Shown here piece by piece: positions 47,399-56,817 of a stretch of DNA of 64,000 bases; position 1 is the first letter of the stretch; every line of letters begins with the position of its first letter. The position numbers and the translations under genes are program-made. Where the stretch lies: positions 1,406 through 65,405 of the forward strand of contig URIT01000003.1 in assembly GCA_900547945.1 (NCBI GenBank). Reading direction: 5' to 3'. The notes beneath the pieces are model-generated. The model did no database searches. It was not told the DNA's origin and was given only the letters and a program-made list of their open reading frames with translations. The stretch comes from an uncultured bacterium (GTDB taxonomy: Bacteria; Verrucomicrobiota; Kiritimatiellia; RFP12; UBA1067).

Positions 47399-48271
47399 TT
47401 AGACCTCGATCGTGACAATCTTGTTGATGACGAAGAAACCGATCAGAACCCACGCCGTGACGATTCCGATCGTACACCAGCCGACAAGCGTACTCGTGAG
47501 CGGAATCATGAGGTCCGGATCGATCAACCGCAGCAGGACATAGACGAGAACCGGGGCGAGCGACATCGCAATGGCCTCGAACCGCCCCTGTGCCGTCATG
47601 TTCTTCAGGCGTTCCTGGAATTCCACGCGGGCGCGGATCGTCTCCACCATGCGTTCCAGCACTTCCGCAAGGCTGCCGCCGGTCTGCAGGGTCAGCTTGA
47701 TCGACGTCACGAGAAGCCGAAGGTCCTCGCCGGGCATACGGCTGTAGAACCGCTCAAGCGCATCCGTCAGGTCAAACCCCAGCCGCGTTTCGCCCAGCAC
47801 CACCGCCAGTTCCTCCCGCATGGGCGCGTCCAGCCGCTGCGACGCCGCATCCAGCGCCTGGGGCAGGGCCTGACCGGAACGCAGTCCGTTTGACAGGCTC
47901 ATGGTCAACTGCAGAATCTGACCGTTGAACCGTTCCCGGCGCTTCTGGATCTTCATCCTGAAGCACAGCATGGGCAGATTCCAGCCGACGCCTCCAAGCA
48001 GGCATCCGGCCAACAGCAGCGGGACGGGCGAAACGTATCCCGCGCCAACCAGGACTACGACCGCCGCGAGCGCGGGAACTAGGCAGAACGTCAACTTCAA
48101 GGCGGCAAGGCGGACGGGCGTGACAAAGCGGCGCAGCGGCGAGACGGCCTCCGTCTCGCCTTCGGCGGATTCCGCCGCGCGCTCGCGCAGCGTGCGCCAC
48201 ACCGTCGACAGGGCGAGCGCGGTGGCGACCGCGACGCCGAAGAAGACCAGAAGTGCGAGCTGGAGTGTCAT
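47399..48271 (-). CDS. tadB: Type II secretion system F-family platform protein (TadB-like)
   Basis: 290 aa. ILQLTMSLSNGLRSGQALPQAL... is a T2SSF domain, and there are TM segments at both ends. Confidence 0.85.
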   Translation of the reverse strand: MTLQLALLVFFGVAVATALALSTVWRTLRERAAESAEGETEAVSPLRRFVTPVRLAALKLTFCLVPALAAVVVLVGAGYVSPVPLLLAGCLLGGVGWNLPMLCFRMKIQKRRERFNGQILQLTMSLSNGLRSGQALPQALDAASQRLDAPMREELAVVLGETRLGFDLTDALERFYSRMPGEDLRLLVTSIKLTLQTGGSLAEVLERMVETIRARVEFQERLKNMTAQGRFEAIAMSLAPVLVYVLLRLIDPDLMIPLTSTLVGWCTIGIVTAWVLIGFFVINKIVTIEV

Positions 48272-48284
48272 GCGGGCTTTCCTT

Positions 48285-49982
48285 TCATGTCTTCGGCACG
48301 AAGACCGACATGTCGATCTTCAGGTTTCCGCTCTTGCGCAGCTCGTCGACGAAATAGGGGATGTTGCCGGTTGCCGTGTGGTGGCCCACCACCCGGCCCC
48401 GTTCGTCGAACCCCTCCTGCTCGAAGGTGAAGATGTCCTGAAGCAGGATGACGTCCGCCTCACGTCCCGTCACTTCCGAAATCGCCACGATCTTGCGCGA
48501 ACCGTCGGGAAGGCGCGTCTGCTGGACGATGAGGTCGATGGCGGCGGCGATCTGTTCGCGGATGGCCGACGACGGCAGCTCGAATCCCGCCATCATCACC
48601 ATGTTCTCCAGGCGCGCGAGCGCATCGCGCGGATTGTTCGCGTGCGCCGTCGTCAGCGAGCCGTCGTGCCCCGTGTTCATGGCCTGGAGCATGTCGAGCG
48701 CCTCGGCGCCGCGGCATTCGCCCACGATGATGCGGTCGGGGCGCATGCGCAGGCAGTTGATGACGAGGTCGCGGATGGCGACACGCCCCTTCCCCTCGGT
48801 GTTCGACGGGCGCGCCTCCAGGCGCACGATGTTGCGGTGCGAAAGCTTCAGTTCGGCGGAATCCTCCACCGTCACGACCCGTTCCCTCGGCGGGATGAAC
48901 TGCGACAGCACGTTCAGGAGCGTCGTCTTGCCGGACCCCGTGCCGCCCGAGACAAGGATGTTCTTGCGCACGCGCACGGCCTCCTCCAGGAAAAGCGCCA
49001 TCTCCCGGGTCATGGAGCCAAAGCCGATCAGGTCGTCCGTCGTCAATTTCTTGTCGGCGAACTTGCGGATCGTCAGGGACGCCCCGTCAAGGGCCAGCGG
49101 CGGGATGACCGCGTTCACGCGGCTTCCGTCCGGCAGGCGGGCGTCGACCATCGGGCTCGCGTCGTCGACGTGGCGCCCCAGCGGCTCGACGATGCGCTGG
49201 ATGATCTGGATGAGATGCCGTTCGTTGAAGAAGCGGACGCCCGTCTCGCTCATCTTGCCGCCGCATTCGACGAAGATGCGGTCCGGCCCGTTCACCATGA
49301 TTTCCGACACCTGGGGCATGCGCAGAATCGGCGAGAGGGGGCCGTAGCCGACCAGCTCGTCCAGCAGGGCCTGGCGGAAGACCGGAACCGTCACCGAGCT
49401 TGGCAGTTCATGCCGGAACTGGCGCAGGGTCGCATCGAGACAGGTTTCGAGCTTGTCCTTCATCGTCTCGTCCGCAAACTCCTTCAGCGCGTCTTCCGAC
49501 AGGTTCATCTCGGCGAGGATGTGCTCGTGGAGCCTGCGCTTGATCTTCATGCACTCGTCCGTGTAGAGGACGACGGCGTTCTTGAACGCCTCGCCGATGT
49601 CGGGCTGCGGCTGGGGCTGGGGATCCGGGCCGGGCGACGACGGGGGCGGAACGCGGGATGGAGGCGCGGCGCGTTGGGCGACGGGGGTGGGAGCCGCCAC
49701 GAGGCCGATCTGGTAGGGGCCGATCTTCACCCGGTCCCCTTCGGCAAGGCACAGCGCGGATTCGAGACGCTGCCCGTTCGACCAGGTGCCGCCCCGGCTC
49801 CCCGCGTCGGACAGGACGAAGACGCCGCTGCGGCCCGTCAACCGCGCATGGACGCGCGAGACCTCGTTGGCCGGCAGCCGCACGTCGCAGCCCTCCTGCC
49901 GTCCAAGCGTCCACGCGAAGTCCGACGCCGGCAGTTCAACCCGCGCGAACGGCGTTCCGTTCTGTGTCACCTCCAGGACCAT
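48285..49982 (-). CDS. cpaF: CpaF/TadA secretion ATPase with a fused N-terminal FHA domain
   Basis: Start MVLEVTQNG at 49982 with GAGG upstream. FHA: WTLGRQEGCDVRLPANEVSRVHARL...SRGGTWSNG. ATPase: VSEIMVNGPDRIFVE, Walker A GGTGSGKTT, VVTVEDSAEL and GHDGSLTTAHANN. Confidence 0.92.
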   Translation of the reverse strand: MVLEVTQNGTPFARVELPASDFAWTLGRQEGCDVRLPANEVSRVHARLTGRSGVFVLSDAGSRGGTWSNGQRLESALCLAEGDRVKIGPYQIGLVAAPTPVAQRAAPPSRVPPPSSPGPDPQPQPQPDIGEAFKNAVVLYTDECMKIKRRLHEHILAEMNLSEDALKEFADETMKDKLETCLDATLRQFRHELPSSVTVPVFRQALLDELVGYGPLSPILRMPQVSEIMVNGPDRIFVECGGKMSETGVRFFNERHLIQIIQRIVEPLGRHVDDASPMVDARLPDGSRVNAVIPPLALDGASLTIRKFADKKLTTDDLIGFGSMTREMALFLEEAVRVRKNILVSGGTGSGKTTLLNVLSQFIPPRERVVTVEDSAELKLSHRNIVRLEARPSNTEGKGRVAIRDLVINCLRMRPDRIIVGECRGAEALDMLQAMNTGHDGSLTTAHANNPRDALARLENMVMMAGFELPSSAIREQIAAAIDLIVQQTRLPDGSRKIVAISEVTGREADVILLQDIFTFEQEGFDERGRVVGHHTATGNIPYFVDELRKSGNLKIDMSVFVPKT

Positions 49983-49992
49983 GCCAGATGCC

Positions 49993-51588
49993 TCACGGCG
50001 TGAACCAGTTGAGCCAGTACAGCGCGCCGCTCCATTTTTTGCGGGATTCAAGGCGGTCGCGGTTGGGAATCTCGACCTCGGTCGGGAGATCCTTCGTGTC
50101 CTCGTAGGGGAGGCGCGCATTCTGCGCCTCCGGCTCGTCGCCGCGCACGATTTTCACGCTCACGAGCATCATGAGCTTGACGTTCTCAAGGGAATCGCTT
50201 TCCTGGGAGACGAACCAGTTCATGATCGGGATGTGGCGCAGGACGGGGAACCCGGCCGGCGGCATCGTCGACTCGACCATGTTCTTGTAGCCGGCCAGGA
50301 CGACGGTCTTCCCGATCGGGCAGACGACGGAGGGGTTGTACTCGTTCTCCTCGATGTTGTACCCCTCTTCGTACCCGCCCTCCATCGGAATCGGCTTCTT
50401 CTGCATAATCTGAAGATCCACATCGACATGTTCCGCATCCAGGAGGACGGCACGTTTTTTCTCGATGAAGAAGCCGTACTCAATGGGCTCGAAATTCTGA
50501 GTCGGCGTACCCTCTGCCGTCGCACTCTGCATCTTCACCTTCATCGTGCCCCCGATCTTGAGTTTCCGGGTTTCCGGGTCGTTGTTCTTGAAATAGACGT
50601 GCCCGCCCACCGTATGGCGGACCAGTTCATTCTTCTTGAGAAACCCCAGCGTGCTGTTCAGGTCGGCGCCAACCGAAAAGGCGTCACGATGGGTCTTCCC
50701 CTTGTACAGGTCGATGACCCCCTGGAAAATGCCGTTGAACTTCAGGGCGTCGTCGGACGAACCGTACTTGGAGATATCCGTCTCCTTGTAGCCCACGAGC
50801 ACGACGTCCATGCGCATCTGGGCGGAATCGACCGACACGTTCATGCGGCACGTCGTCTTCCAGGATTCGTCGGACGGAACGTTCTTCCCGTCCTCCACGC
50901 GCAGCCAGGCGGCCTGGGCCCCGACGATGCGCTCAAGCTTCTCCTTTTCCTCCGGCGAGTAGACGACGCCGTTGATGAGCAGCATGTTCCCTATGTTCCC
51001 TTCGTACTTGACGTACAGCTTGCCGGCCTTGGCCTCCTCCAGTTTGTCCGTGATCTGGAACTGCGCCTCCTTCAGCTGGGTACGGAAATCCTTCAGGGTG
51101 TCCGCCTGGACGCGGAAGTGCGTCTGGTCCTTGACGAGGCTGCGAAAGTCAGGGTGCGCAAGCGTCTTCTTCAGGAGCCGCCATCCCTCAGGGTCGTTGA
51201 TCTCGCCCTTGACGATCAGCGATTCACCGACCTTCGTGACGTCCACGCCCCCCACGTCCTCCAGTTCCGTCTGGAGGTTCCGCATGGTCTCCAGAAGGTT
51301 CCCGCCGACCGTCACCTCGTATGCCTCCCTAAGCTCCCCCGGGCCAAAAAGCTCCAGGGCCGCCGTCCCTTCTGCGAGCCCCGTCACGCGCGCAGGGCCT
51401 CCCCCCGGCGGAATACTCACTTCAAGGATGCCCTTCTGCGGCTCGACGAGGAACTTCGTCGCCTTGAACCCCGGATCGACGGGCAATGACTTTCCCTTGC
51501 CGACCGTGAGACGCTGCCCGGCCGCCTCCACGTCGGCAACTACGCAGAAACCAAGGCAGAACGCCAACGCCAACTTGAAGATCTTCAT
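49993..51588 (-). CDS. cpaC: Secretin (CpaC/RcpA-like outer-membrane channel)
   Basis: Signal peptide MKIFKLALAFCLGFCVVADVEA. The N-terminal pilus-formation region reads LTVGKGKSLPVDP. The C-terminal secretin-like motif reads GFPVLRHIPIMNWFV. 531 aa. Confidence 0.8.
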   Translation of the reverse strand: MKIFKLALAFCLGFCVVADVEAAGQRLTVGKGKSLPVDPGFKATKFLVEPQKGILEVSIPPGGGPARVTGLAEGTAALELFGPGELREAYEVTVGGNLLETMRNLQTELEDVGGVDVTKVGESLIVKGEINDPEGWRLLKKTLAHPDFRSLVKDQTHFRVQADTLKDFRTQLKEAQFQITDKLEEAKAGKLYVKYEGNIGNMLLINGVVYSPEEKEKLERIVGAQAAWLRVEDGKNVPSDESWKTTCRMNVSVDSAQMRMDVVLVGYKETDISKYGSSDDALKFNGIFQGVIDLYKGKTHRDAFSVGADLNSTLGFLKKNELVRHTVGGHVYFKNNDPETRKLKIGGTMKVKMQSATAEGTPTQNFEPIEYGFFIEKKRAVLLDAEHVDVDLQIMQKKPIPMEGGYEEGYNIEENEYNPSVVCPIGKTVVLAGYKNMVESTMPPAGFPVLRHIPIMNWFVSQESDSLENVKLMMLVSVKIVRGDEPEAQNARLPYEDTKDLPTEVEIPNRDRLESRKKWSGALYWLNWFTP

Positions 51589-51601
51589 GATTTATGTCTC
51601 C

Positions 51602-52366
51602 TTATTTCGCCTTGTTGGAGGGTTGATCGGGAACCTGGACCTTTGGGCATCCCTGAAGCATGTCCACGAACGCCTGGTTGTCGAACTGGCCGTTGTCCCT
51701 GCGGCTGGTCGCCTTGCCGTCGTGCGGACGGCGCAGCACGACAAACAGACGGGCCTGCTTCTGCGCGGCGATCGCGACAAGCGCCTGCTGCGGCGGCAGC
51801 GACAGAAGAACCGATCCGTCCGACGACATGCTCATGATCCGCACCTGCGGAAAGAGGACCGTCGTCACCGTCCGCTTGACCGTTTCAGGCTTCGCGCGGG
51901 CATCGGCGGAGGTCGATTTCACCTCTTCCTGGATCTCAAACATGCCGACAACCGCGATTTCGTCGCCCGGCTTGAGCTGCTTGGCGAACTGCCGCGCATT
52001 CTCGAAGGAAACCGGAACCGCCCACTCGCCCTCGCCGACGGATTCCCCGACGCTGCTCTGGCGGCCGAAATCGTTCCAGAGGATGTAGTCCCCTGCGGCG
52101 ATGTCCCGGACAAGCGTCTGCCCCAGGATGGAGGCGTCCTGATCGCCCAGGATATGCTGCTTGGGAACATAGGCGGACGGGACAACGGCCCTTCGGAAAT
52201 TCTCGGACGACATCACGCTTCCGCGTTTGAGGTTGCCGTTTGCAACCAGCACGGAAACCTCCTTGCCGTATTGCCGTGTGCCGTTCTTCGAAAGCGCCCG
52301 GCTGACGGCGAAGACGGCCGCCAAACCAAGAACGACCGCGACAATCAAGGGTATCATGTTTTTCAT
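51602..52366 (-). CDS. cpaB: CpaB/RcpC-like Flp pilus assembly protein (SAF domain)
   Basis: 254 aa. The N-terminal anchor is MKNMIPLIVAVVLGLAAVFAV, followed by the SAF-like segment VLVANGNLKRGSVMSSENF. It sits immediately upstream of the secretin gene. Confidence 0.8.
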   Translation of the reverse strand: MKNMIPLIVAVVLGLAAVFAVSRALSKNGTRQYGKEVSVLVANGNLKRGSVMSSENFRRAVVPSAYVPKQHILGDQDASILGQTLVRDIAAGDYILWNDFGRQSSVGESVGEGEWAVPVSFENARQFAKQLKPGDEIAVVGMFEIQEEVKSTSADARAKPETVKRTVTTVLFPQVRIMSMSSDGSVLLSLPPQQALVAIAAQKQARLFVVLRRPHDGKATSRRDNGQFDNQAFVDMLQGCPKVQVPDQPSNKAK

Positions 52367-52397
52367 CTTTTCGTTTCCTTCTTCTCAAAAAAGCGAA

Positions 52398-53735
52398 TCA
52401 GTCCCATCCCGCGACTTCCCGGATCAGGGCCGCACAGCGCCGCTGCGTCGCCGCATCGCCCGGGTTGCCGTCCAGTTCCGGCGCCAAAGCGGCAAACAGG
52501 CGGCGGAGCCGTTTCGTGTTGGGGTCGTGCAGGGATTCCTTCGACTCGGAACAGTCCCGCGCATAGTCGACGCCGGACTTGACCGCGAGAAGGACCTCCC
52601 GCGCCAGCGTTTCCGCAGTCCCCGAGGATACGGAGGTCGCCAATCCCCGCGCCGTCGCCTCTAAGCCGTCCGGGACGCCATGCCGGTCCAACCGACGGAC
52701 AACGCGCATGAACCGCCGGACCGTCTCGCCGTCGCACGACGCGGCGAGCTCCCCCGCCGCCGAGAGCACCGCCTTCTTCTCCACCCGTGCCGTGGAATGG
52801 ACAAACCAGGACGCCGTAGCCAGAAGCAGAACCGTCATCCCCGACAGCAGAACAACCGCCCCGGATCGCCGACGCGGGGATCGGACTTCCATACGGCGCG
52901 TCCGGTCTCCATGTTCTTCCCCCGTCTCACACACCTCCAGCGACGTCGGCAACGGATCGTCCTGAAGGGCCCGAAGTGGGGGCGGCAGGTCTCCGACGTC
53001 GATCAGCACGACCGTGATGTTGTCAAGGCCCCCGCCACGCTTCGCCGCCTCGACCATCTCATCGACGGCGTTCTCGGTCGAGTGGACTGACGACAGGATG
53101 TCGGTCAGGGCGGTATCCGGAACCATGCGGGAGAGGCCGTCGCTGCACAGGAAAATGCGATCCCCCGTCTGTACGTCGAACGCATTCCGCTCAAGGTCCA
53201 CGGTCTCCTGCGCGCCAACCGCCCTGACGATGACACCCCGCAGCTTCTTGTCGACTTCGCGTTCGTCCGCAACCCCCATCAACTCCGCAACCGAGTGGTC
53301 GCGCGTCACACGCAGGAGCGTGCCGTTCCGATAACGGTACAGACGGCTGTCTCCGGCATGAAGGGCGATGGCCGTATCGGGGGCCGTCGCGTCGAAGACA
53401 ACCCCGACAAACGTCGACCCGCACGCCTTGAGCCCATGTTCCGCAGTATGGCGGACGATGGATGCCGAAGCGCGGTTGAGCGCGGCGGAGATTCCCATCG
53501 ACAGGACGGCTGCGGAATGCCCGCAACCTGGAGCGGCGTGCAGTTGTCCGCAGAATTCCGACAGGGCGGCAACCGTCTCGGCGGAGGCAAACTCGCCGTC
53601 ATCGCCTCCGCCCATGCCATCGGCCACACAAAACACCCCCGCTTCGGGGAAGCCCCCGAAGGCATCCTCGTTGTTTCCCCTCACAAGGCCAAGATCGCTC
53701 CGGGCCGCATGATGGAGATGTTCAAAGGGATGCAT
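52398..53735 (-). CDS. Membrane-anchored PP2C-family Ser/Thr phosphatase
   Basis: RGNNEDAF, VADGMGGG, LCSDGL and GGLDNITVVLIDV. The TM segment is GAVVLLSGMTVLLLATASWFV, followed by a helical C-terminal domain of about 130 aa. Confidence 0.9.
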   Translation of the reverse strand: MHPFEHLHHAARSDLGLVRGNNEDAFGGFPEAGVFCVADGMGGGDDGEFASAETVAALSEFCGQLHAAPGCGHSAAVLSMGISAALNRASASIVRHTAEHGLKACGSTFVGVVFDATAPDTAIALHAGDSRLYRYRNGTLLRVTRDHSVAELMGVADEREVDKKLRGVIVRAVGAQETVDLERNAFDVQTGDRIFLCSDGLSRMVPDTALTDILSSVHSTENAVDEMVEAAKRGGGLDNITVVLIDVGDLPPPLRALQDDPLPTSLEVCETGEEHGDRTRRMEVRSPRRRSGAVVLLSGMTVLLLATASWFVHSTARVEKKAVLSAAGELAASCDGETVRRFMRVVRRLDRHGVPDGLEATARGLATSVSSGTAETLAREVLLAVKSGVDYARDCSESKESLHDPNTKRLRRLFAALAPELDGNPGDAATQRRCAALIREVAGWD

Positions 53736-53760
53736 GGCGAGACGTCCTCAATCAAATGCG

Positions 53761-55230
53761 TTATTTTTCCAAGACGGCACCGAGCCGACGCGGCAGATCG
53801 GCAAACGCCCGGGCAAGAAGCCGACGCCCGTACTGCGCCGTCAACCAGGACGGCGCGGCGCCCGTTTCGCGACCGAGCTCGATGTCCGAAAGCGCAACCG
53901 CCACGGGTGCGGCCAGAGCCCTCCCCTCCGCATCCGTGACGGCGAGCGCAAATGAAACGGTTCCACGATACACAAAGCCCCCATCGTCGGCAACGGCGCG
54001 CACGGAGAACGATGTGACGGTCGGCACAAGGCGACGTGTGCCTTCCCGTCCCGGCACGCAGGAGATCCCCGCCTCGGGAAGCACCGTTTCAAGACAGGCG
54101 TTGAAATCGTCCGCCAACCCCTTCGGCGGATTGGACAGGCGCAGTTCGACCGGCAGGAGAACGGTCCCCGCCGGCGCGGGCCTCAGAACCTTCGCCATCT
54201 CACCCCGGATGAGCGGCAGGAGCGTCCCCAGGCTCTCCGCCGTCACGCTCCCCGTGCGCGACGCCTCGATCTCCGCCGTCGAAGCGTCAAAGACCTTGAA
54301 CGTCATCACATACGTCCCGCCGATGCGGCCGACGGAGGCGGCAAGCAGCTTCGAGACCGTCGCGAGCTTGCCGACGCGCGCCTTTTCGCGGCAGGTCGGG
54401 TCGGTCAGGTAGGAAGACGTCGTGACGGCGACCTCCTCCATCTGACGCGCCACGTCCGCCCGGGAAATCACCCTGTACGCGCCGCCTTCCACCGCGCTCT
54501 CCAGATACCCCCACAGCATGACGGCCTCGTTCTCGGTCACGCCATCCCGGAAATCCGGGCGGAGAATGGCCAGCGCGGGACGCCCCACACCCACATCGGC
54601 GGAACGGACGGGCCGAATGCTGCCGCCAGTTGAATCGGATGTGGAAACCGAGGCCGTCGCAACCGTCTCCTCATCCCGTGGCTCGAAGGAGTCAACCAAC
54701 GCCTCTGCGGCTTCCTCAACCTCCGAAATCATGAGCGAATGGAAGATGTTGTTGTCGAACTGCGACGCGCTGATCGGACGCTGCTCGTCGCATGAGCCCG
54801 ATACGGACTTCGCCCACGCGATATCGCCCGTTACCCGGTTCCGAAGGGTTAGGATGACATCGAGCGTCCATTTCGTCGTCTTTGTCTCAACACCGTAGGT
54901 CGTGCCCTTGAACGTGTTTTCACGCGACCGCAGAAAGGAGATCACCGGTTCAAGCACATGCGTTGCCGATTTCTCGTCCTCGGTCACCACAAAGGGGTGT
55001 CCGGGCCGGGCAAGCCGGGCAACCAAATAGGACTTGCCCAACGCCACGGAACGGGCATCCGCGTCCTGCTGGCGCTTTTCCGGCAGGACGAAGGAATCGG
55101 CCGTCTTGAAGGCATGAACAGAGATCCGGGGACGGGATTTTCCCCCGTCTTTCGGTTGCGTGTCGCGTGCGCCCGCCACGCCCGCAACAACCAATACGAC
55201 CAAAAGCAATCCGTTGCGTATCCTGTTCAT
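53761..55230 (-). CDS. Secreted protein of unknown function (489 aa); central part resembles LpoB/CsgG/FlgO-type periplasmic modules
   Basis: Signal peptide MNRIRNGLLLVVLVVAGVAGA. The segment PALAILRPDFRDGVTENEAVMLWGYLESAV...KLLAASVGRIGGTYVMTFKVFDASTAEI has the pattern of that fold; the family call is weak. Confidence 0.7.
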   Translation of the reverse strand: MNRIRNGLLLVVLVVAGVAGARDTQPKDGGKSRPRISVHAFKTADSFVLPEKRQQDADARSVALGKSYLVARLARPGHPFVVTEDEKSATHVLEPVISFLRSRENTFKGTTYGVETKTTKWTLDVILTLRNRVTGDIAWAKSVSGSCDEQRPISASQFDNNIFHSLMISEVEEAAEALVDSFEPRDEETVATASVSTSDSTGGSIRPVRSADVGVGRPALAILRPDFRDGVTENEAVMLWGYLESAVEGGAYRVISRADVARQMEEVAVTTSSYLTDPTCREKARVGKLATVSKLLAASVGRIGGTYVMTFKVFDASTAEIEASRTGSVTAESLGTLLPLIRGEMAKVLRPAPAGTVLLPVELRLSNPPKGLADDFNACLETVLPEAGISCVPGREGTRRLVPTVTSFSVRAVADDGGFVYRGTVSFALAVTDAEGRALAAPVAVALSDIELGRETGAAPSWLTAQYGRRLLARAFADLPRRLGAVLEK

Positions 55231-55245
55231 GCCCTCTGCTCCGTC

Positions 55246-55596
55246 CTACCGGTTGTTCGTCTTGATAGGCGTTCCCGTCACGCGCGTCGTCATGATCTGG
55301 ACCCAGAAGAGGTTGAGCATCTGGTAGTCGACGGCCATGCTGATCAGCCCGTCGGCACCCGCCGCCTTGTCAAGCGCGCTCCGAAGGGCACGACGCTGCG
55401 GAGATCCCGGCAATCCGACGCTGTAGCCGAGAACGAACAGCTGCGAGTCGGAACCCTCGACCTCGTCGCCGACAACGGTGTACTTGCCCTGTTCAACGGG
55501 AAGCGACGCATCCGAGAAGTTCTGCGGCACCGTCGAGCATCCGGTCACGACCGCCGCGACGACGGCCAGGGCGGCAAAGCCCATGAGTTTCTTCAT
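55246..55596 (-). CDS. Small lipoprotein (116 aa)
   Basis: Lipobox AVVTGC within MKKLMGFAALAVVAAVVTGCS. Confidence 0.75.
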   Translation of the reverse strand: MKKLMGFAALAVVAAVVTGCSTVPQNFSDASLPVEQGKYTVVGDEVEGSDSQLFVLGYSVGLPGSPQRRALRSALDKAAGADGLISMAVDYQMLNLFWVQIMTTRVTGTPIKTNNR

Positions 55597-55640
55597 TTCA
55601 GTTTCTCCTTAGTTTTTGTTTCGTGTTCGTCAGAGTCAAA

Positions 55641-56798
55641 TCAATACACCACGCGGAACGTGCAGTAGGCCAACGAGTCGCGCTGGTCGGTCTTGAAATC
55701 GTCAAAGCGGACATTGGCCTTCACGGCCTCGCCGCCGCTCTGCTGCACGCCGGCGCGCTTGTCCATTTCCTGCATCACGTATTCCTTGAGCGCGTCGGCG
55801 GCCTTCTCGGCGGGCTTCCCCATCAGACCGAAGTCCACGGCGCACGTCCCCGACTTGGTTGCGGCATCGTAGTTCAGCACCATCTCGGAGCGCGCAAACG
55901 CCGAGAACGACACATGCCACTCTCGTGTCTTCCCATTGTAGGAACTGGAGTCGTAGATGACGCGTACGCGCGTCGCCTCGACGCCCAGCTGGTTTTCCGC
56001 CCTCCGTTCAAGCTGCGCCCGCAGCCAATTCGCGGCCCGTCCTTCGTCCCAGTCGTTGCAGGACAGGACGCAGGTACCCTGGATCACGCCCGCCGCGTTC
56101 TTGGGACGACTGTCAAACTGGCGGAACGCCGGTTTCTTGATGGTTGCCGCATCCGGCGAGATGCCTTCCAGGCGCGCAATCAGCGTGCCGTCCTTCGACA
56201 GGTCCTTAAGAAACGCCGCCGCGACCTCCTGGATGCACGTGTACACGGAATCGGGAATCAGCTCGCCGCCGTCCCACGGCATCTCCGACTTGCCACGATA
56301 GACCTTCTCATGGCAGACCACGTCCTTGGCGACGTCCTTGATCGTGATGCGCATCGTCGCCTCGCTCTTGACCCGTCCGTCCTGCCGCGTCAGGATGATG
56401 CCGAGGATGTCGACGGAAACACGAATGGCCGGTTGTTGGTCGCCGACCAGAGGGTGGAAGTGTTCCGACACGGCCCGCGTGAACTGCCGGCGCACGAGCG
56501 CGGACACGGGAACGGATGCCACCAGTTCCGACGTTCCCCACAGCATGCGCTTGGTGATGAACACGTTCTCGACGTGATCCGAGATCACGAACTGCGCGGG
56601 GACCTCCTCGATGCGGCGCAATTCCGGGAACACGAAGGAGGAAAACTCGCCGGCGCGTTCCGGCTCCTTCAACTGGCGCCTGTTGTCGAACGAAAAGCTC
56701 GTCCCTTCCCAGGTAAAGCCCTCCGGCTTCACGCTTTCACAACCGCAGAACAGCGCCACCACGGACAGGCCCGCGAGGATCGGTGCGTTCATCTTCAT
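55641..56798 (-). CDS. Lipoprotein of unknown function (385 aa)
   Basis: Start MKMNAPILAGLSVVALFCGC (lipobox) at 56798. The 28 upstream codons of the ORF are not needed. Confidence 0.72.
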   Translation of the reverse strand: MKMNAPILAGLSVVALFCGCESVKPEGFTWEGTSFSFDNRRQLKEPERAGEFSSFVFPELRRIEEVPAQFVISDHVENVFITKRMLWGTSELVASVPVSALVRRQFTRAVSEHFHPLVGDQQPAIRVSVDILGIILTRQDGRVKSEATMRITIKDVAKDVVCHEKVYRGKSEMPWDGGELIPDSVYTCIQEVAAAFLKDLSKDGTLIARLEGISPDAATIKKPAFRQFDSRPKNAAGVIQGTCVLSCNDWDEGRAANWLRAQLERRAENQLGVEATRVRVIYDSSSYNGKTREWHVSFSAFARSEMVLNYDAATKSGTCAVDFGLMGKPAEKAADALKEYVMQEMDKRAGVQQSGGEAVKANVRFDDFKTDQRDSLAYCTFRVVY

Positions 56799-56817
56799 TT
56801 TTGGACACTCCTTTTCT

